Assembly: GCA_963763945.1 (NCBI GenBank)
Contig: CAVXQF010000002.1
Location: 23,635-87,634 of the forward strand
Reading direction: 5' to 3'
Length of the DNA: 64,000 bases
Source of the DNA: an uncultured Solirubrobacteraceae bacterium
Lineage (GTDB): Bacteria; Actinomycetota; Thermoleophilia; Solirubrobacterales; Solirubrobacteraceae
Position 1 is the stretch's first letter. The number at the start of each line of letters is the position of its first letter. This document shows, piece after piece, positions 52,922 to 62,668 of the stretch. A program made the position numbers and the translations under genes. Under the pieces are notes generated by a model, which worked only from the letters and a program-made list of their open reading frames with translations, ran no database searches and was not told the origin of the DNA.

Positions 52922-52922
52922 T

Positions 52923-53762
52923 TCAGCTGATCAGTGTAACGACCAGTGCCGCCGTAGCTGCGCCGATCTCGACCATCAGGCGGACGATCGCATCCTGGAC
53001 GTGTGCGGCCGTCCGCTCGAGCGTGGTTTGGTTTTGAGCGTGCATCTGGTCGAGGTATTGAGCGGCGCTGGCTTCCATCTGCCTCACGTCCGCGCCGGTC
53101 TCGCGTGCAGTCTCAAGAAAGGCTCCGCCAATGATCCCGATGGCAAAATCGCGGGGGAACAGGGCAGCGCAGCACTTGAGCGCACAGAGGATGTAGGCCA
53201 TGGCTGCCGCCCCGAGCGGAGCAGCGGCGACAGCAGGCCCATTTCGTATCGCTACAGATGCAACCGGCACGACCACCGATGCGGCCGAGAGGACGGTGGT
53301 CGCCCGTTCACGGAGTTTGGTCTCGGTTAGCTGCTGAGCCGCGAACTTGGCGCCGAGGCCCTTGCCGGCGCTGTTGCGATGCGTGCCCCACAGGCTCAGG
53401 TAGTAGTGCGGCGCCCGTCTCGGATGGGAGTGCTCGAAGCGATCGAACAGCTCCGTCAGCTCGCCGGCACGGGGGCCGAGCGCGCGCTCTACGAAGGCCT
53501 CGAACGCCGCCTGCTTGTCCGGCGAGAGCTCCGCGGCGCCGGGCGGAAGCCGAACCGCGACCGCCTCGGCGTTCTCTGACATCCGCACCCAGCCGTGGGG
53601 CAGCGCGCCCTGCACCCAGAAGCGCATCAGCTCGGCCAGCCGCGCGGACCGCTCGGCCTCGCGCGGGAACGCCCACCCGCCCCACAGCGGGTCCTCGTGG
53701 AAGGCGCTTGCCAGGCAGGCTGAAGCCGCGCCCACGTCGGCCGGCGTGGCGGCGCGGGACAT
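52923..53762 (-). CDS. Chimeric ORF: truncated GNAT acetyltransferase fused to a membrane domain
   Basis: GNAT N-half (LASAFHEDP..HYYLSLWGT...AGKGLG), then an abrupt switch near 53335 to lower-GC sequence encoding hydrophobic helices. Confidence 0.6.
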   Translation of the reverse strand: MSRAATPADVGAASACLASAFHEDPLWGGWAFPREAERSARLAELMRFWVQGALPHGWVRMSENAEAVAVRLPPGAAELSPDKQAAFEAFVERALGPRAGELTELFDRFEHSHPRRAPHYYLSLWGTHRNSAGKGLGAKFAAQQLTETKLRERATTVLSAASVVVPVASVAIRNGPAVAAAPLGAAAMAYILCALKCCAALFPRDFAIGIIGGAFLETARETGADVRQMEASAAQYLDQMHAQNQTTLERTAAHVQDAIVRLMVEIGAATAALVVTLIS

Positions 53763-53765
53763 CGC

Positions 53766-55286
53766 TCAGCGCGCGGCGGACTTGCGCGCGCCTGCGCGGG
53801 CGCCGTTGCTGCTCGTTGCCGCTTTGGCCGTGGCTTTCTTGCCCGAGGCCGGGGAAGTGCGTTTGGCCGCACGCCGTTTCGGCGCCGGCGCGACCCCGGC
53901 CGCGCGCGCCAATGAGGCGATCGCCCACTTGATGTCGCCCGCGATCGCCTCGAGCTCGGGCAGCGCGTCGAAGTCGCCGAGCAGGCCGAAGCCGAGGTGC
54001 CCGTCGTAGCTCATCACGGCGATGCCGAGCGCCTGGCGCCGGGCCAGCGGCACGACCGGGTAGAGCACGCGTAGGCGTCGCCCGAGCACGTACAGCGGGA
54101 ACTGCGGGCCCGGCACGTTCGTCACGACCAGGTTGAAGAAGCGCTGGCGCGCCTGCAGCCGCGCCGCCTGGCTGAGGATCGTCGGCGGCGCGAAGCCCGC
54201 CAGGTTGGTCAGCACCTGCGCGCCGACCGCCTGCCCCGAATGCTTCAGGTCCTCCATCGCACGGGCGATCTGCGCCAGCGACTCGGCCGGGTTCTGCACG
54301 CCGACGGGCAGCGGCGCCCACATCGCCGCGACCTGATTGCCGAGCGCGCCGCGGTCGGAGTCGGCGCGCACCGAGACCGGCACCATCGCCTTCAGCTCGA
54401 GTCCCTCCGTGTCGAAGCCTTCGCGGCGCAGGTAGCGGCCGAGGCCGAGGCTGACCGTCGCCAGCACCACGTCGTTGAGCGTGCCCCCGAGCGAGTTCTT
54501 GATCGCTTTGAACTGGTCCAGGTCGGCGTCGATGAACGTGTAGCGGCGGTGCGGGCCGATCTCGACGTTGAACGGGCTGTCCGGCGCCGGCGCTTTGACC
54601 CCCGCGATCGTCGTCGCGCCGACGCTCTGCAGGCCGCCGACGAGCTGCGAGGCGGCGCGCCGCGGCGCGCGCAGCAGCCGGCGGGCGCCGCGTACCATCT
54701 CCGCCGGCACCGTCGTGCGTTCGCGCAGCGCCTCGCCCAGCAGCTTGGCCTGGCCGGGCAGCGGTTTCGCCGTCCACGGCATCGGTGGGCGCGAGGTCGG
54801 CACCGGGTCCGGCGCCGTGTCGAACAGCACCGTCGTGATGTCAACGCCCGAGATCCCGTCGACCAGCGCGTGGTGGGTCTTGGCGATCAGCGCGAAGCGT
54901 TCGCCCGCCATCTTCTCGACCAGCCAGATCTCCCACAGCGGCTTGGAGCGGTCCAGGCGCTGTGAGAAGAGGCGCCCCGCGAGCTGCTTCAGCGCTTTGT
55001 CGTCGGCCGGCTTCGGCAGCGCCGTGTGGCGGATGTGGTAGCGCGGGTTGAAGTGCGGGTCGTCCGCCCACACCGGCCGGCCCTGGCCGTAGGGGACGTA
55101 GGCGAGGCGCTGGCGGTAGCGCGGGACCAGGTGCAGGCGGCTGACGATGTGGTCGACCAGCTCCTGCGGGCTCGGCGCCGTGCCTTCGAAGACCATCACC
55201 GAGGCCACGTGCATGTGCGCCGTGGAGTTGTCCTCCAGGTGCAGGAAGGTCGAGTCGAGCGCCGTCAGGCGGTCCGGGTTGGCCAC
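53766..55286 (-). CDS. Wax ester synthase / diacylglycerol acyltransferase
   Basis: RLTALD..FL, HHALVDG, TLNDVVLA, NLVVTNVPGP. Confidence 0.96.
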   Translation of the reverse strand: MANPDRLTALDSTFLHLEDNSTAHMHVASVMVFEGTAPSPQELVDHIVSRLHLVPRYRQRLAYVPYGQGRPVWADDPHFNPRYHIRHTALPKPADDKALKQLAGRLFSQRLDRSKPLWEIWLVEKMAGERFALIAKTHHALVDGISGVDITTVLFDTAPDPVPTSRPPMPWTAKPLPGQAKLLGEALRERTTVPAEMVRGARRLLRAPRRAASQLVGGLQSVGATTIAGVKAPAPDSPFNVEIGPHRRYTFIDADLDQFKAIKNSLGGTLNDVVLATVSLGLGRYLRREGFDTEGLELKAMVPVSVRADSDRGALGNQVAAMWAPLPVGVQNPAESLAQIARAMEDLKHSGQAVGAQVLTNLAGFAPPTILSQAARLQARQRFFNLVVTNVPGPQFPLYVLGRRLRVLYPVVPLARRQALGIAVMSYDGHLGFGLLGDFDALPELEAIAGDIKWAIASLARAAGVAPAPKRRAAKRTSPASGKKATAKAATSSNGARAGARKSAAR

Positions 55287-55425
55287 GGGCTCGATTGTCG
55301 CTGTTTGTCAAGCCGCCGTCAACGACCTCGCCGCCGACCGCCGATCTGCAATCGTTCGCCCGGTACTTCGGCCGAGCGCACGTACGCGATTCAAGGCCGC
55401 GCGGCCCGCGGCCGAGAGGGGAGAC

Positions 55426-56562
55426 ATGGCCAGTCCGAACCTCCGGGTCGGCGCGCTGTTCGCATCCGCCGAGCCGCAAGAGGACACCTCAGCCGACCCC
55501 CGCGCGGCCGAGCACCTGATGCGCTGGGTCGGCGTCGCCATGTTCCTGCTCGGCTCGGCCACGCTGCTCGCCACGCTGCCGCTGCCCGACCCCAACACGA
55601 GCGATCACCCCGCGATCAGGGTCATCGCCGCGCTGCTCGCGCTCGGCGCCGTGATCGTCGCCGTGCTGCGGCCCGGCCGGCGCTGGGTCTCGCGCGCGAC
55701 GATCGTCTACGGGATCCTGCTCGTCAGCGCCCTGATGGCCGTCACGCGGCCGATCGAGGCCACGCCGTTCTTCTACCTCTGGCCGCTCGTCTTCTCGGCC
55801 TACTTCTGCTCGCGCCGCGAGGTCGCCGCCGATCTGCTGCTGATGTGGGTCACGCTCGGCCTCGCCCTGTTCATCTTCTCCCACGACCCGATGAAGCTCG
55901 CCCTGTTCATCGGCGTCGGCGTCTCCGTCACGCTGACCACGCTCGTCGTCGAGCTGCTCGCCGAGCACGTCACCGCCGTGATCCGCCAGCTCGAGCGCGC
56001 CGCCGACACCGACTACCTGACCGGCCTGTACAACCGGCGCGCCTTCGACCTGGAGTTCCGCGAGCAGTGCGACCGCGCGCTGCGCAGCGCGCTGCCGCTC
56101 GCGCTGGCCACGTTCGACCTCGACCACTTCAAGCAGGTCAACGACCGCTACGGCCACGCCGAGGGCGACCGCGCGCTGCGCGAGTTCGCCGCGCTGCTGC
56201 AGCGCGAGCTGCGCGGCGGCGACACGCTCGCCCGCGTCGGCGGCGAGGAGTTCGCCGTCGTGCTGTTCGGCGTCGGCCTCGCCGAGGCCGTCGCCTTCGC
56301 CGCGCGCATCGGAGGAGAGCTGACGAGCCGTCCCGCCGGCGCCGGACCGGCGCTCAGCACGAGCGCAGGCGTCGCCGCGCTCTCCTCGCGCGTGCCCGAT
56401 CCGGCCGCGCTGATGCTCGCCGCAGACCGTGCGCTCTATGCCGCCAAGACGGCCGGGCGCCGGCGCGTGGCCGTGTGGGAGGACGGCGCCACGCGTGTGG
56501 CCGCGCAGATCCCGGGCGGGCGCGGGCAGGACGAGCCCGAGCTCGCCGCCCACGCCCTCTGA
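55426..56562 (+). CDS. Membrane-bound diguanylate cyclase
   Basis: N-terminal TMs, DYLTGLYNRR, DLDHFKQVND, I-site RGGD, GGEEF. Confidence 0.95.
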   Translation: MASPNLRVGALFASAEPQEDTSADPRAAEHLMRWVGVAMFLLGSATLLATLPLPDPNTSDHPAIRVIAALLALGAVIVAVLRPGRRWVSRATIVYGILLVSALMAVTRPIEATPFFYLWPLVFSAYFCSRREVAADLLLMWVTLGLALFIFSHDPMKLALFIGVGVSVTLTTLVVELLAEHVTAVIRQLERAADTDYLTGLYNRRAFDLEFREQCDRALRSALPLALATFDLDHFKQVNDRYGHAEGDRALREFAALLQRELRGGDTLARVGGEEFAVVLFGVGLAEAVAFAARIGGELTSRPAGAGPALSTSAGVAALSSRVPDPAALMLAADRALYAAKTAGRRRVAVWEDGATRVAAQIPGGRGQDEPELAAHAL

Positions 56563-56566
56563 CCGT

Positions 56567-56941
56567 TCAGCCGCCCTTACCGGCGAACTGGATCTTCTTG
56601 CCCGGCTTCGTGCACTGCATCGGCACCGTGTACTTGGGCACCTTGAATTTGCCGTTCGTGCATTTGAAGCCTTCTGTCTTGCCCGACGACGTGTAGAGAG
56701 CGGTGATGACTTTGTAGGCCGCCGTGCAGCTCACTCCCTGCGTGACGATCTGCTTGATCGGAAGTTTGAATTTGTTCTTCGGCTTGCCCGGTTCGCTTTC
56801 GGTTTCGATCACGATCGTGTGGTTTCCGCAAGCGTGCGTGCTCGCGACCGCGGCCCCCGGTATCAGCGCGAGCGCCCCGAGCGCGAGCGCCAGGACACTT
56901 CCGATCGTGGCAACTCCCTGCCATCTGCGTACAGCTTTCAT
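56567..56941 (-). CDS. Small secreted Lys/Cys-rich protein
   Basis: Signal peptide, four Cys in the mature part, lower-GC codon usage. Confidence 0.7.
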   Translation of the reverse strand: MKAVRRWQGVATIGSVLALALGALALIPGAAVASTHACGNHTIVIETESEPGKPKNKFKLPIKQIVTQGVSCTAAYKVITALYTSSGKTEGFKCTNGKFKVPKYTVPMQCTKPGKKIQFAGKGG

Positions 56942-57213
56942 CCAGCCTTCTTTCGGTCCGGCCGGCGCCCCCAATGACACCGAGTTCGGCGCAGCATACT
57001 TGCGCCAACACGGGGCCCATACGTACGAATACGCGTATCGGCGCGCCTGCCTGCGAGCGCCGACGCGCGATCCGTTGAGACGCCGCGTGCGGTGCTTGGG
57101 GTGGCCCGGATGTCTCCAGCCTCGGCCGGTTATGTCATCTTCTCATAAATCGTCAAATCGTCAGTAACGACGGGCGAGATCGGCAAATAGGCCGTGTGTG
57201 CGGGGCGTTCATG

Positions 57214-57229
57214 TGTGTCCGTGATCACA
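57214..57229. promoter_or_regulatory. CRP/GlxR-like site
   Basis: TGTGT-CCGTGA-TCACA, one mismatch to TGTGA-N6-TCACA. Confidence 0.45.
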
Positions 57230-57258
57230 GAACGCCTTCCTCGGGACCTTCTAGCCTG

Positions 57259-57272
57259 CGAACAATTGTTCG
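57259..57272. promoter_or_regulatory. LexA-box-like palindrome just downstream of a -10 hexamer
   Basis: CGAAC-AATT-GTTCG following TAGCCT (57252-57). Confidence 0.55.
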
Positions 57273-57274
57273 AC

Positions 57275-57444
57275 TCTGCCGAGTCGCGGCCGTCCATGGC
57301 CGCGAACGGGGGAACCACCGCCGGGCCACCGACCGGGGCCCGGATGGGGCGAATCGCCCACTGATGTGGACGTAACGCCCGGCTGACGCGCGGCCTGTCC
57401 GCGCCGACGCCGGCCGTGAGCCCGACAGCTAACCCCGTAGGCGG
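57275..57444 (+). promoter_or_regulatory. c-di-AMP (ydaO/yuaA) riboswitch
   Basis: Conserved blocks GCCGAGTC, GAACGGGGGAACCA, GGGGCGAATC and CCCGACAGCTAACCCCGTAGGC, upstream of a cell-wall enzyme gene. Confidence 0.9.
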
Positions 57445-57468
57445 AAACCGCAAGGAGGTCTGGATTCC

Positions 57469-58116
57469 ATGTACGCACTCGCGCCCCCGGCGCAGCCTAC
57501 CCCCGCGCTCGCGCCCGTCGCGATCGCCTCGACCACGCCGTCTACCGGCGCAGCCCCGCTCGGGCGGGCCGCACCGAGTGCCCTGCACGTGCGCAGGGCG
57601 CGCCTGAACGTGCTCGACGGACGCCAGGTGAGCGTCGCCGGCACACTCAGCCCGGGAGTCTCCGGGCGCTCGATCGACCTGCAGGCGATGGGCCCGCATG
57701 GATGGCGCGAGCTCGCCCACACGCGCACCGGCGCCGCCGGGCGCTTCCGCCTGCGCTACACCCCGCACGCCACCGGCAGCCGGCGCGTGCGCCTGCGCTT
57801 CGCCGGCGACAGCTATGAGCTGCCCGCGCACCGCGTGCTCGGGCGGCTGAACGTCTACCGCCTCGCCGGCGCCTCCTGGTATGGCGGCGGCGGCTCGCTC
57901 GCCTGCGGCGGCTCGCTGAGCAGCTCCACGCTCGGCGTCGCCAACAAGACGCTGCCCTGCGGCACGCTCGTCACGCTTCGCTACGGCTCACGCTCCGTGC
58001 GCGTGCCCGTCGTCGACCGCGGCCCCTACGTCGCCGGTCGCGAATTCGACCTCACCGAAGCCACCAAGCAGGCACTCGGCTTCGGCGACACCGGCGACGT
58101 TTGGACCACGCGCTAG
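57469..58116 (+). CDS. RlpA-family (DPBB) lytic transglycosylase-like protein
   Basis: ASWYG, VANKTLPCGTLV, VPVVDRGPY, FDLT; AAGGAGG RBS. Confidence 0.92.
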   Translation: MYALAPPAQPTPALAPVAIASTTPSTGAAPLGRAAPSALHVRRARLNVLDGRQVSVAGTLSPGVSGRSIDLQAMGPHGWRELAHTRTGAAGRFRLRYTPHATGSRRVRLRFAGDSYELPAHRVLGRLNVYRLAGASWYGGGGSLACGGSLSSSTLGVANKTLPCGTLVTLRYGSRSVRVPVVDRGPYVAGREFDLTEATKQALGFGDTGDVWTTR

Positions 58117-58263
58117 ACCCCCGCTCACCAGCCCGAACACTCTCCGCCCGGGCTCGAAACCCGCTGCAAAAGCGCCGTTTCGGCCCCCGGGGAGGGTTGG
58201 TCGTGTTTGGGCACCTTCATGCAGAGCTTGGGTTTCTGCGCGAGCGTTCGTTGAATCTCCTGG

Positions 58264-59496
58264 ATGTCAGCTGCAGTCAAGCAATCGCGCGCGCAGGTGT
58301 GGATGGACGTCCCCGGCGAGTGGAGCTGGCCCGGGCGTGCCGCCGAAGCCGTCGAAGCGCTGCCTTCGCCGCCCTCCTGGGTGCCCGCCTTCCCGCCGCG
58401 CCTGGAGCCGCTCGTCTCCGGCGCCTCCACCGGCGCCGGTCGTTCCGGTGGCTCTTCCGGTCGCCGGCAGCGCGCCAACCCGCGCCTCGTCGCGCTCGCC
58501 ACGCTGATCAGCGGGCTGATCGCCGCCTGCTGCGCATTGCTCCTGCTGCACGGCCCCGGCGGCTTCGAGCGCGTCTTCACCGGACAGCGATCCGCGCCTG
58601 CCGCCCGCGTCGCGAGCGGGCCGCAGGCTGCCACCGCGCCGGCGCCGCTGCCGACGCTCGTGCTCGGCAGTCGCGACGCCGCCGGCAGCTCGATCGACAC
58701 CGCCGGCTACGCCTCGGCCGCGCTCGGCGGCGAAGGCTCCTTCCACGTCTACCTGCCGCCCGGCTTCGCCTCGAGCGGCGCCCGCTACCCCGTGCTCTAC
58801 CTGCTGCACGGCAACGAACAGCCCGCCACCGCCTTCCTGCAGCTCGGCCTGCAGGGCGAACTCGATCGGCTGATCGCCGCGCACGAAGTGCCGCCGCTGA
58901 TCGCCGTGATGATCCAGGGTGGCAAGGGCGCCAACAACTGGCGCGACCACGGCAGCCGCGGCTATGAGAGCTACGTGATCGAAGTGCAGCAGCTGATCGA
59001 TCGCATGCTGCCCACGCAGGCCACGCGCTCCGCTCGTGCCATCGCCGGCGACTCGATGGGCGGCTACGGCGCCATGAACGTCGCCCTCGGCAACCCGCGC
59101 CGCTTCTCGATCGTCGAGAGCTGGCTCGGCTTCTTCAACGGGCTCGAAGACGAGCTGCACGCCGCCCGGGGAGTGATCGCGCGCGAAGGGCTGCACGCCT
59201 ACCTCTACGGCGGCGCCTCCGACTCGATCGCCGACCCCTCCGAGAACGCGCCGTTCGCCGCCCAGCTGCGCGACGCCGGCGCCAACGCCCACAGCGCCGT
59301 GTACGCCGGCGGGCACACCATGGAAACGCTCCAAGCCCACCTGCGCCACATGCTGCTCTACGTCGGGCGCTCGCTGTATGAGAACCAGCGCAAGGCCGCC
59401 CCCGCGACCGTCGCCTCGCCCGCCCGAGCCGTGAGCGTGCACTCGACCCGTCCGGCCGGAAGCGTCGCTCCCGCGACGATCGCTGCAAGGCCATGA
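58264..59496 (+). CDS. Membrane-anchored putative esterase (alpha/beta hydrolase)
   Basis: VYLPPGF..RYPVLYLLHG, GDSMGGYGA nucleophile elbow, GGHT. Confidence 0.88.
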   Translation: MSAAVKQSRAQVWMDVPGEWSWPGRAAEAVEALPSPPSWVPAFPPRLEPLVSGASTGAGRSGGSSGRRQRANPRLVALATLISGLIAACCALLLLHGPGGFERVFTGQRSAPAARVASGPQAATAPAPLPTLVLGSRDAAGSSIDTAGYASAALGGEGSFHVYLPPGFASSGARYPVLYLLHGNEQPATAFLQLGLQGELDRLIAAHEVPPLIAVMIQGGKGANNWRDHGSRGYESYVIEVQQLIDRMLPTQATRSARAIAGDSMGGYGAMNVALGNPRRFSIVESWLGFFNGLEDELHAARGVIAREGLHAYLYGGASDSIADPSENAPFAAQLRDAGANAHSAVYAGGHTMETLQAHLRHMLLYVGRSLYENQRKAAPATVASPARAVSVHSTRPAGSVAPATIAARP

Positions 59497-59828
59497 GCCC
59501 GGGCCGCCGACCGCACATGAAGCGTCATCGCATGAAGGGCCGCGGCAAGATTCGCCCCGAGCTGTTCGGCGTGCGCGTCGCCGGCGCGCTCGGCAGCGGG
59601 TCCGTCGGTGCCATCGCCGTCGGCGCGTTCGCCGGAGGCGCCGTCGCGATCGGCGCGCTTGCCATCGGCAGGCTCGCCGTCGGCAGGCTCGCGATCGGGC
59701 GCGCACGGATCGGCTCACTCAAGGTCGGTGAGCTCGAGGTCGGGCGGCTGACCGTCGGCGAGCTGATCGTCGAGCGCGAGCAGCGGGCCGCGCATGCCGG
59801 GGCCGGCCCCGCGCCATCCCAGGGCTGA
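59493..59828 (+). CDS. Small Gly/Ala-rich protein with LAIGR/LEVG-type pentapeptide repeats
   Basis: Regular 5-residue periodicity AIGAL-AIGRL-AVGRL-AIGR..LKVGE-LEVGR-LTVGE; ATGA overlap with the upstream gene. Confidence 0.7.
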   Translation: MSPGRRPHMKRHRMKGRGKIRPELFGVRVAGALGSGSVGAIAVGAFAGGAVAIGALAIGRLAVGRLAIGRARIGSLKVGELEVGRLTVGELIVEREQRAAHAGAGPAPSQG

Positions 59829-59834
59829 GACGCG

Positions 59835-60260
59835 ATGCTCGCCCTGACGATCGCCTGCGCGCTAGGCGGCTTCGCGCTCGGCTCCTACCTCACCTACCGC
59901 TACGCCCCGCCGCTCGTTCGCGCTCGTGGCTCGACGGCCGTCGGGATCGTGATCTGCGTGCTCATCGGCGCCGCCGTCGGGCTCGCCTGCATGTACGTCT
60001 ACCTCGGGATCTACGCACTGATCCACGACGGGCCGCTGACAGCCGCGATCGGCGGCGAAAACGGGGGCGGCCCGATGGCCTCGCCCGACGCCAACATCTT
60101 CACCAACGTCGTCTACTCGATCACGAGCCAGTCCGGCGTGCTGCTTGCACTCGCAGCTGGCGTGCACCTGCTCGGCTCCGCCGGCTCCACCCGCGCAAGC
60201 GGCGTGGCCGGAGCAAGCGGCGCAGCGAAAGCCAGCGGCGCGGGAATCGAGGCGGACTGA
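59835..60260 (+). CDS. Hypothetical membrane protein
   Basis: Three hydrophobic segments; operonic spacing. Confidence 0.6.
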   Translation: MLALTIACALGGFALGSYLTYRYAPPLVRARGSTAVGIVICVLIGAAVGLACMYVYLGIYALIHDGPLTAAIGGENGGGPMASPDANIFTNVVYSITSQSGVLLALAAGVHLLGSAGSTRASGVAGASGAAKASGAGIEAD

Positions 60261-60261
60261 C

Positions 60262-60633
60262 GTGGGTGCGCTCGTCGTGGCCGCCGTCGTCGCGCTGCTC
60301 GGCGCGGGCGTCGGCTGGGTCGCGGCCAAGCGGCTGGCTCTCCTGCCGGGCGCGACGACGGGACAGCGGCTCGCGCGCACGAGCGTGTCGCTGCTCGGCG
60401 CGATCGCCGGCGGGGAGATCGCCTCGCAGCTCTACGACCTCGTGCACAGGCTCCAGCTCAACGCCAAACTCGACAAAGGCTTCGAAGGACGCTTCTTGCG
60501 CGAGGCCGACGTGATCGACGTCGTCCACGCTGTGCGCGCGGTCCTCTTCCACGGCGCCCTGCTGATCGGCCTCGCGACGGCCCTCGCGCTGCTCGCCCGG
60601 CGCGGAGCAGGCCGAGCGGGCGCCGGCGCCTGA
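60262..60633 (+). CDS. Hypothetical membrane protein
   Basis: GTG right after the upstream stop; hydrophobic segments. Confidence 0.55.
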   Translation: MGALVVAAVVALLGAGVGWVAAKRLALLPGATTGQRLARTSVSLLGAIAGGEIASQLYDLVHRLQLNAKLDKGFEGRFLREADVIDVVHAVRAVLFHGALLIGLATALALLARRGAGRAGAGA

Positions 60634-60664
60634 GCGCGGCTTGTTGGGGCGCAATACTGCGCCG

Positions 60665-61099
60665 ATGGCCTTCCCGCCGCCCGAGCGCCACCTGCTGCGC
60701 GCCCGTGACCTCGTCGACGTGCGCTACTTCGAGCCGATCGGCGTCGAGCAGATGGCGCACGCGGCAGGGCTCTCGCGCGCCCACTTCAGCCGCGAGTTCC
60801 GCCGCGTCTTCGGCGAGTCCCCGCACGCCTACCTGCTGACCCGCCGGCTCGAGCGAGCGGCTGCGCTGTTGCGCAACACCGACCGCTCGGTCGCCGAGGT
60901 CTGCTTCTCGGTCGGGCTGCGCAGCGTCGGCTCGTTCACGACCAGCTTCAAGCACACGTACGGCGTCACGCCGAGCACCTACCGGGCGAGCTTCCCGCCG
61001 GCCGCCGAGCAGGTGCCGATCCCGGCCTGCGTCGTGCGCATGTACGCGCGGCCCCAACACAGCACGTTTCGAGAAGACAGCGCGGCGCTCGCAAACTAG
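60665..61099 (+). CDS. AraC-family transcriptional regulator
   Basis: AGLSRAHFSREF, YLLTRRLERAAALL, VCFSVG..SVGSFTTSF. Confidence 0.95.
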   Translation: MAFPPPERHLLRARDLVDVRYFEPIGVEQMAHAAGLSRAHFSREFRRVFGESPHAYLLTRRLERAAALLRNTDRSVAEVCFSVGLRSVGSFTTSFKHTYGVTPSTYRASFPPAAEQVPIPACVVRMYARPQHSTFREDSAALAN

Positions 61100-61160
61100 C
61101 CTCGGCGAACGGTCGCACGACGCGGCCATGAGACCGCGAACAGCGAGGAGACCGACAGAG

Positions 61161-61577
61161 ATGCTCAGAGTCAACGCCCTGCAGGTGCTCGTCAACGACC
61201 AGGACGAGGCGCTCGCCTTCTACACGGAGAAGCTCGGCATGGAGACGCGCGTCGACGCCGCCATGCCCGGCGGCGAAGGGATGCGCTGGCTGACGGTCGG
61301 CCCCGTCGGCCAGCCCGAGATCGAGATCGCGCTGATGGCCGTTCCGCAGCCTCCGTTCGTCGCTGCCGAGACGGCCGACGATGTACGCGCGCTGATGGCC
61401 AAGGGCGTCGGCACGACCGTGTTCCTCGAAAGCGACGACTGCCAGGCGACCTACGACGAACTGACGGCGCGCGGCGTCGAATACGCCCAGCCGCCTGAAG
61501 AGCGCCCGTACGGCTGGGAATCGGGGCTGCGCGATCCGTCGGGCAACTACATCCGGATCACGCAGAACCGCTCCTAG
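61161..61577 (+). CDS. VOC family protein
   Basis: VNDQDEALAFYTEKLG, RWLTV, RPYG...LRDPSGN. Confidence 0.93.
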   Translation: MLRVNALQVLVNDQDEALAFYTEKLGMETRVDAAMPGGEGMRWLTVGPVGQPEIEIALMAVPQPPFVAAETADDVRALMAKGVGTTVFLESDDCQATYDELTARGVEYAQPPEERPYGWESGLRDPSGNYIRITQNRS

Positions 61578-61598
61578 CGCGGTTCAGGCCCCGCGTGC

Positions 61599-62594
61599 TC
61601 AGCGCTCGCTGTCAAGCGTGGCCATCCCGTGCTCGGGGTAGCGCTCGCCGCGTGCCGCGTCCGGCGGGATCGCGTCCTGGAGCGCGGCGACGTGGGCGTC
61701 GTCCAGCTCGACCTCGAGCGCGCCGAGCGCCTCGCGCAGGCGCTCGCGCGTGCGCGCGCCGATCAGCGGCACGATCTGCTCACCGCGCGCCAGCGCCCAC
61801 GCGATCGCGAGCTGCGCGACACTCACGCCCTTCGCGTCGGCCACCTCGCGCAGCGTCTCGACGAGCGCGAGGTTGTGCCGGCGGTTCTCGCCGCTGAAGC
61901 GAGGCGCGTGTGCGCGGAAGTCGCCCGGCGCGAGCTCGCGCTGGGCGTCGAAGTGCCCGCTGATCAGGCCGCGGCTGAGCACGCCGTAGGCGGTGATCGC
62001 GATGCCGAGCTCGCGGCAGGCCGGCAGGATCTCGCGCTCGATCCCACGCGAGATCAGCGAGTACTCGAGCTGCACGTCGCAGATCGGGTGCGTCGTCTGT
62101 GCGCGCCGGATCGTCTCGGCGCCGACCTCGGAGAGGCCGACGTGGCGCACGTAGCCGGCGTCAACCATCTCGGCGATCGCGCCGACGGTCTCCTCGATCG
62201 GCACGTTCGGGTCGAGTCGCGCCGGGCGGTAGACGTCTACGTACTCGACGCCGAGGCGCGTGAGCGAGTAGGCGAGCGCCGTCTTCGTCGCAGCCGGGCT
62301 CGCATCGCAGCCGAGGATCGCTCCTTCGGGACCGCGCTGACCGCCGAACTTGACGCTCAGCTGCAAGCTCTCGCGCCGGCGGCCGCGAATGGCTTCGCCG
62401 ATCAGCATCTCGTTGTGTCCCATGCCGTAGAAGTCGCCGGTGTCGATCAGGTCGATGCCGGCGTCGAGCGCGGCGTGGATCGTCGCGATGCTCTCGGCAC
62501 GATCCGAAGGGCCGTAGCTGCCGGACATGCCCATGCAGCCGAGACCGAGCGTGGAGACCTCGGGCCCGCTCGAGCCGAGGCGACGTCTGTTCAC
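61599..62594 (-). CDS. Aldo/keto reductase
   Basis: LGLGCMGMS, IDTGDFYG, VGLSE, QLEYSL, PLIGAR. Confidence 0.95.
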   Translation of the reverse strand: MNRRRLGSSGPEVSTLGLGCMGMSGSYGPSDRAESIATIHAALDAGIDLIDTGDFYGMGHNEMLIGEAIRGRRRESLQLSVKFGGQRGPEGAILGCDASPAATKTALAYSLTRLGVEYVDVYRPARLDPNVPIEETVGAIAEMVDAGYVRHVGLSEVGAETIRRAQTTHPICDVQLEYSLISRGIEREILPACRELGIAITAYGVLSRGLISGHFDAQRELAPGDFRAHAPRFSGENRRHNLALVETLREVADAKGVSVAQLAIAWALARGEQIVPLIGARTRERLREALGALEVELDDAHVAALQDAIPPDAARGERYPEHGMATLDSER

Positions 62595-62668
62595 GAGGGC
62601 AGCACCGCGCTCAATATAGGAAGGGCAGGACCGCCGGGCTGTCCAACGGGGCTCGCTACGGTTGGCCG

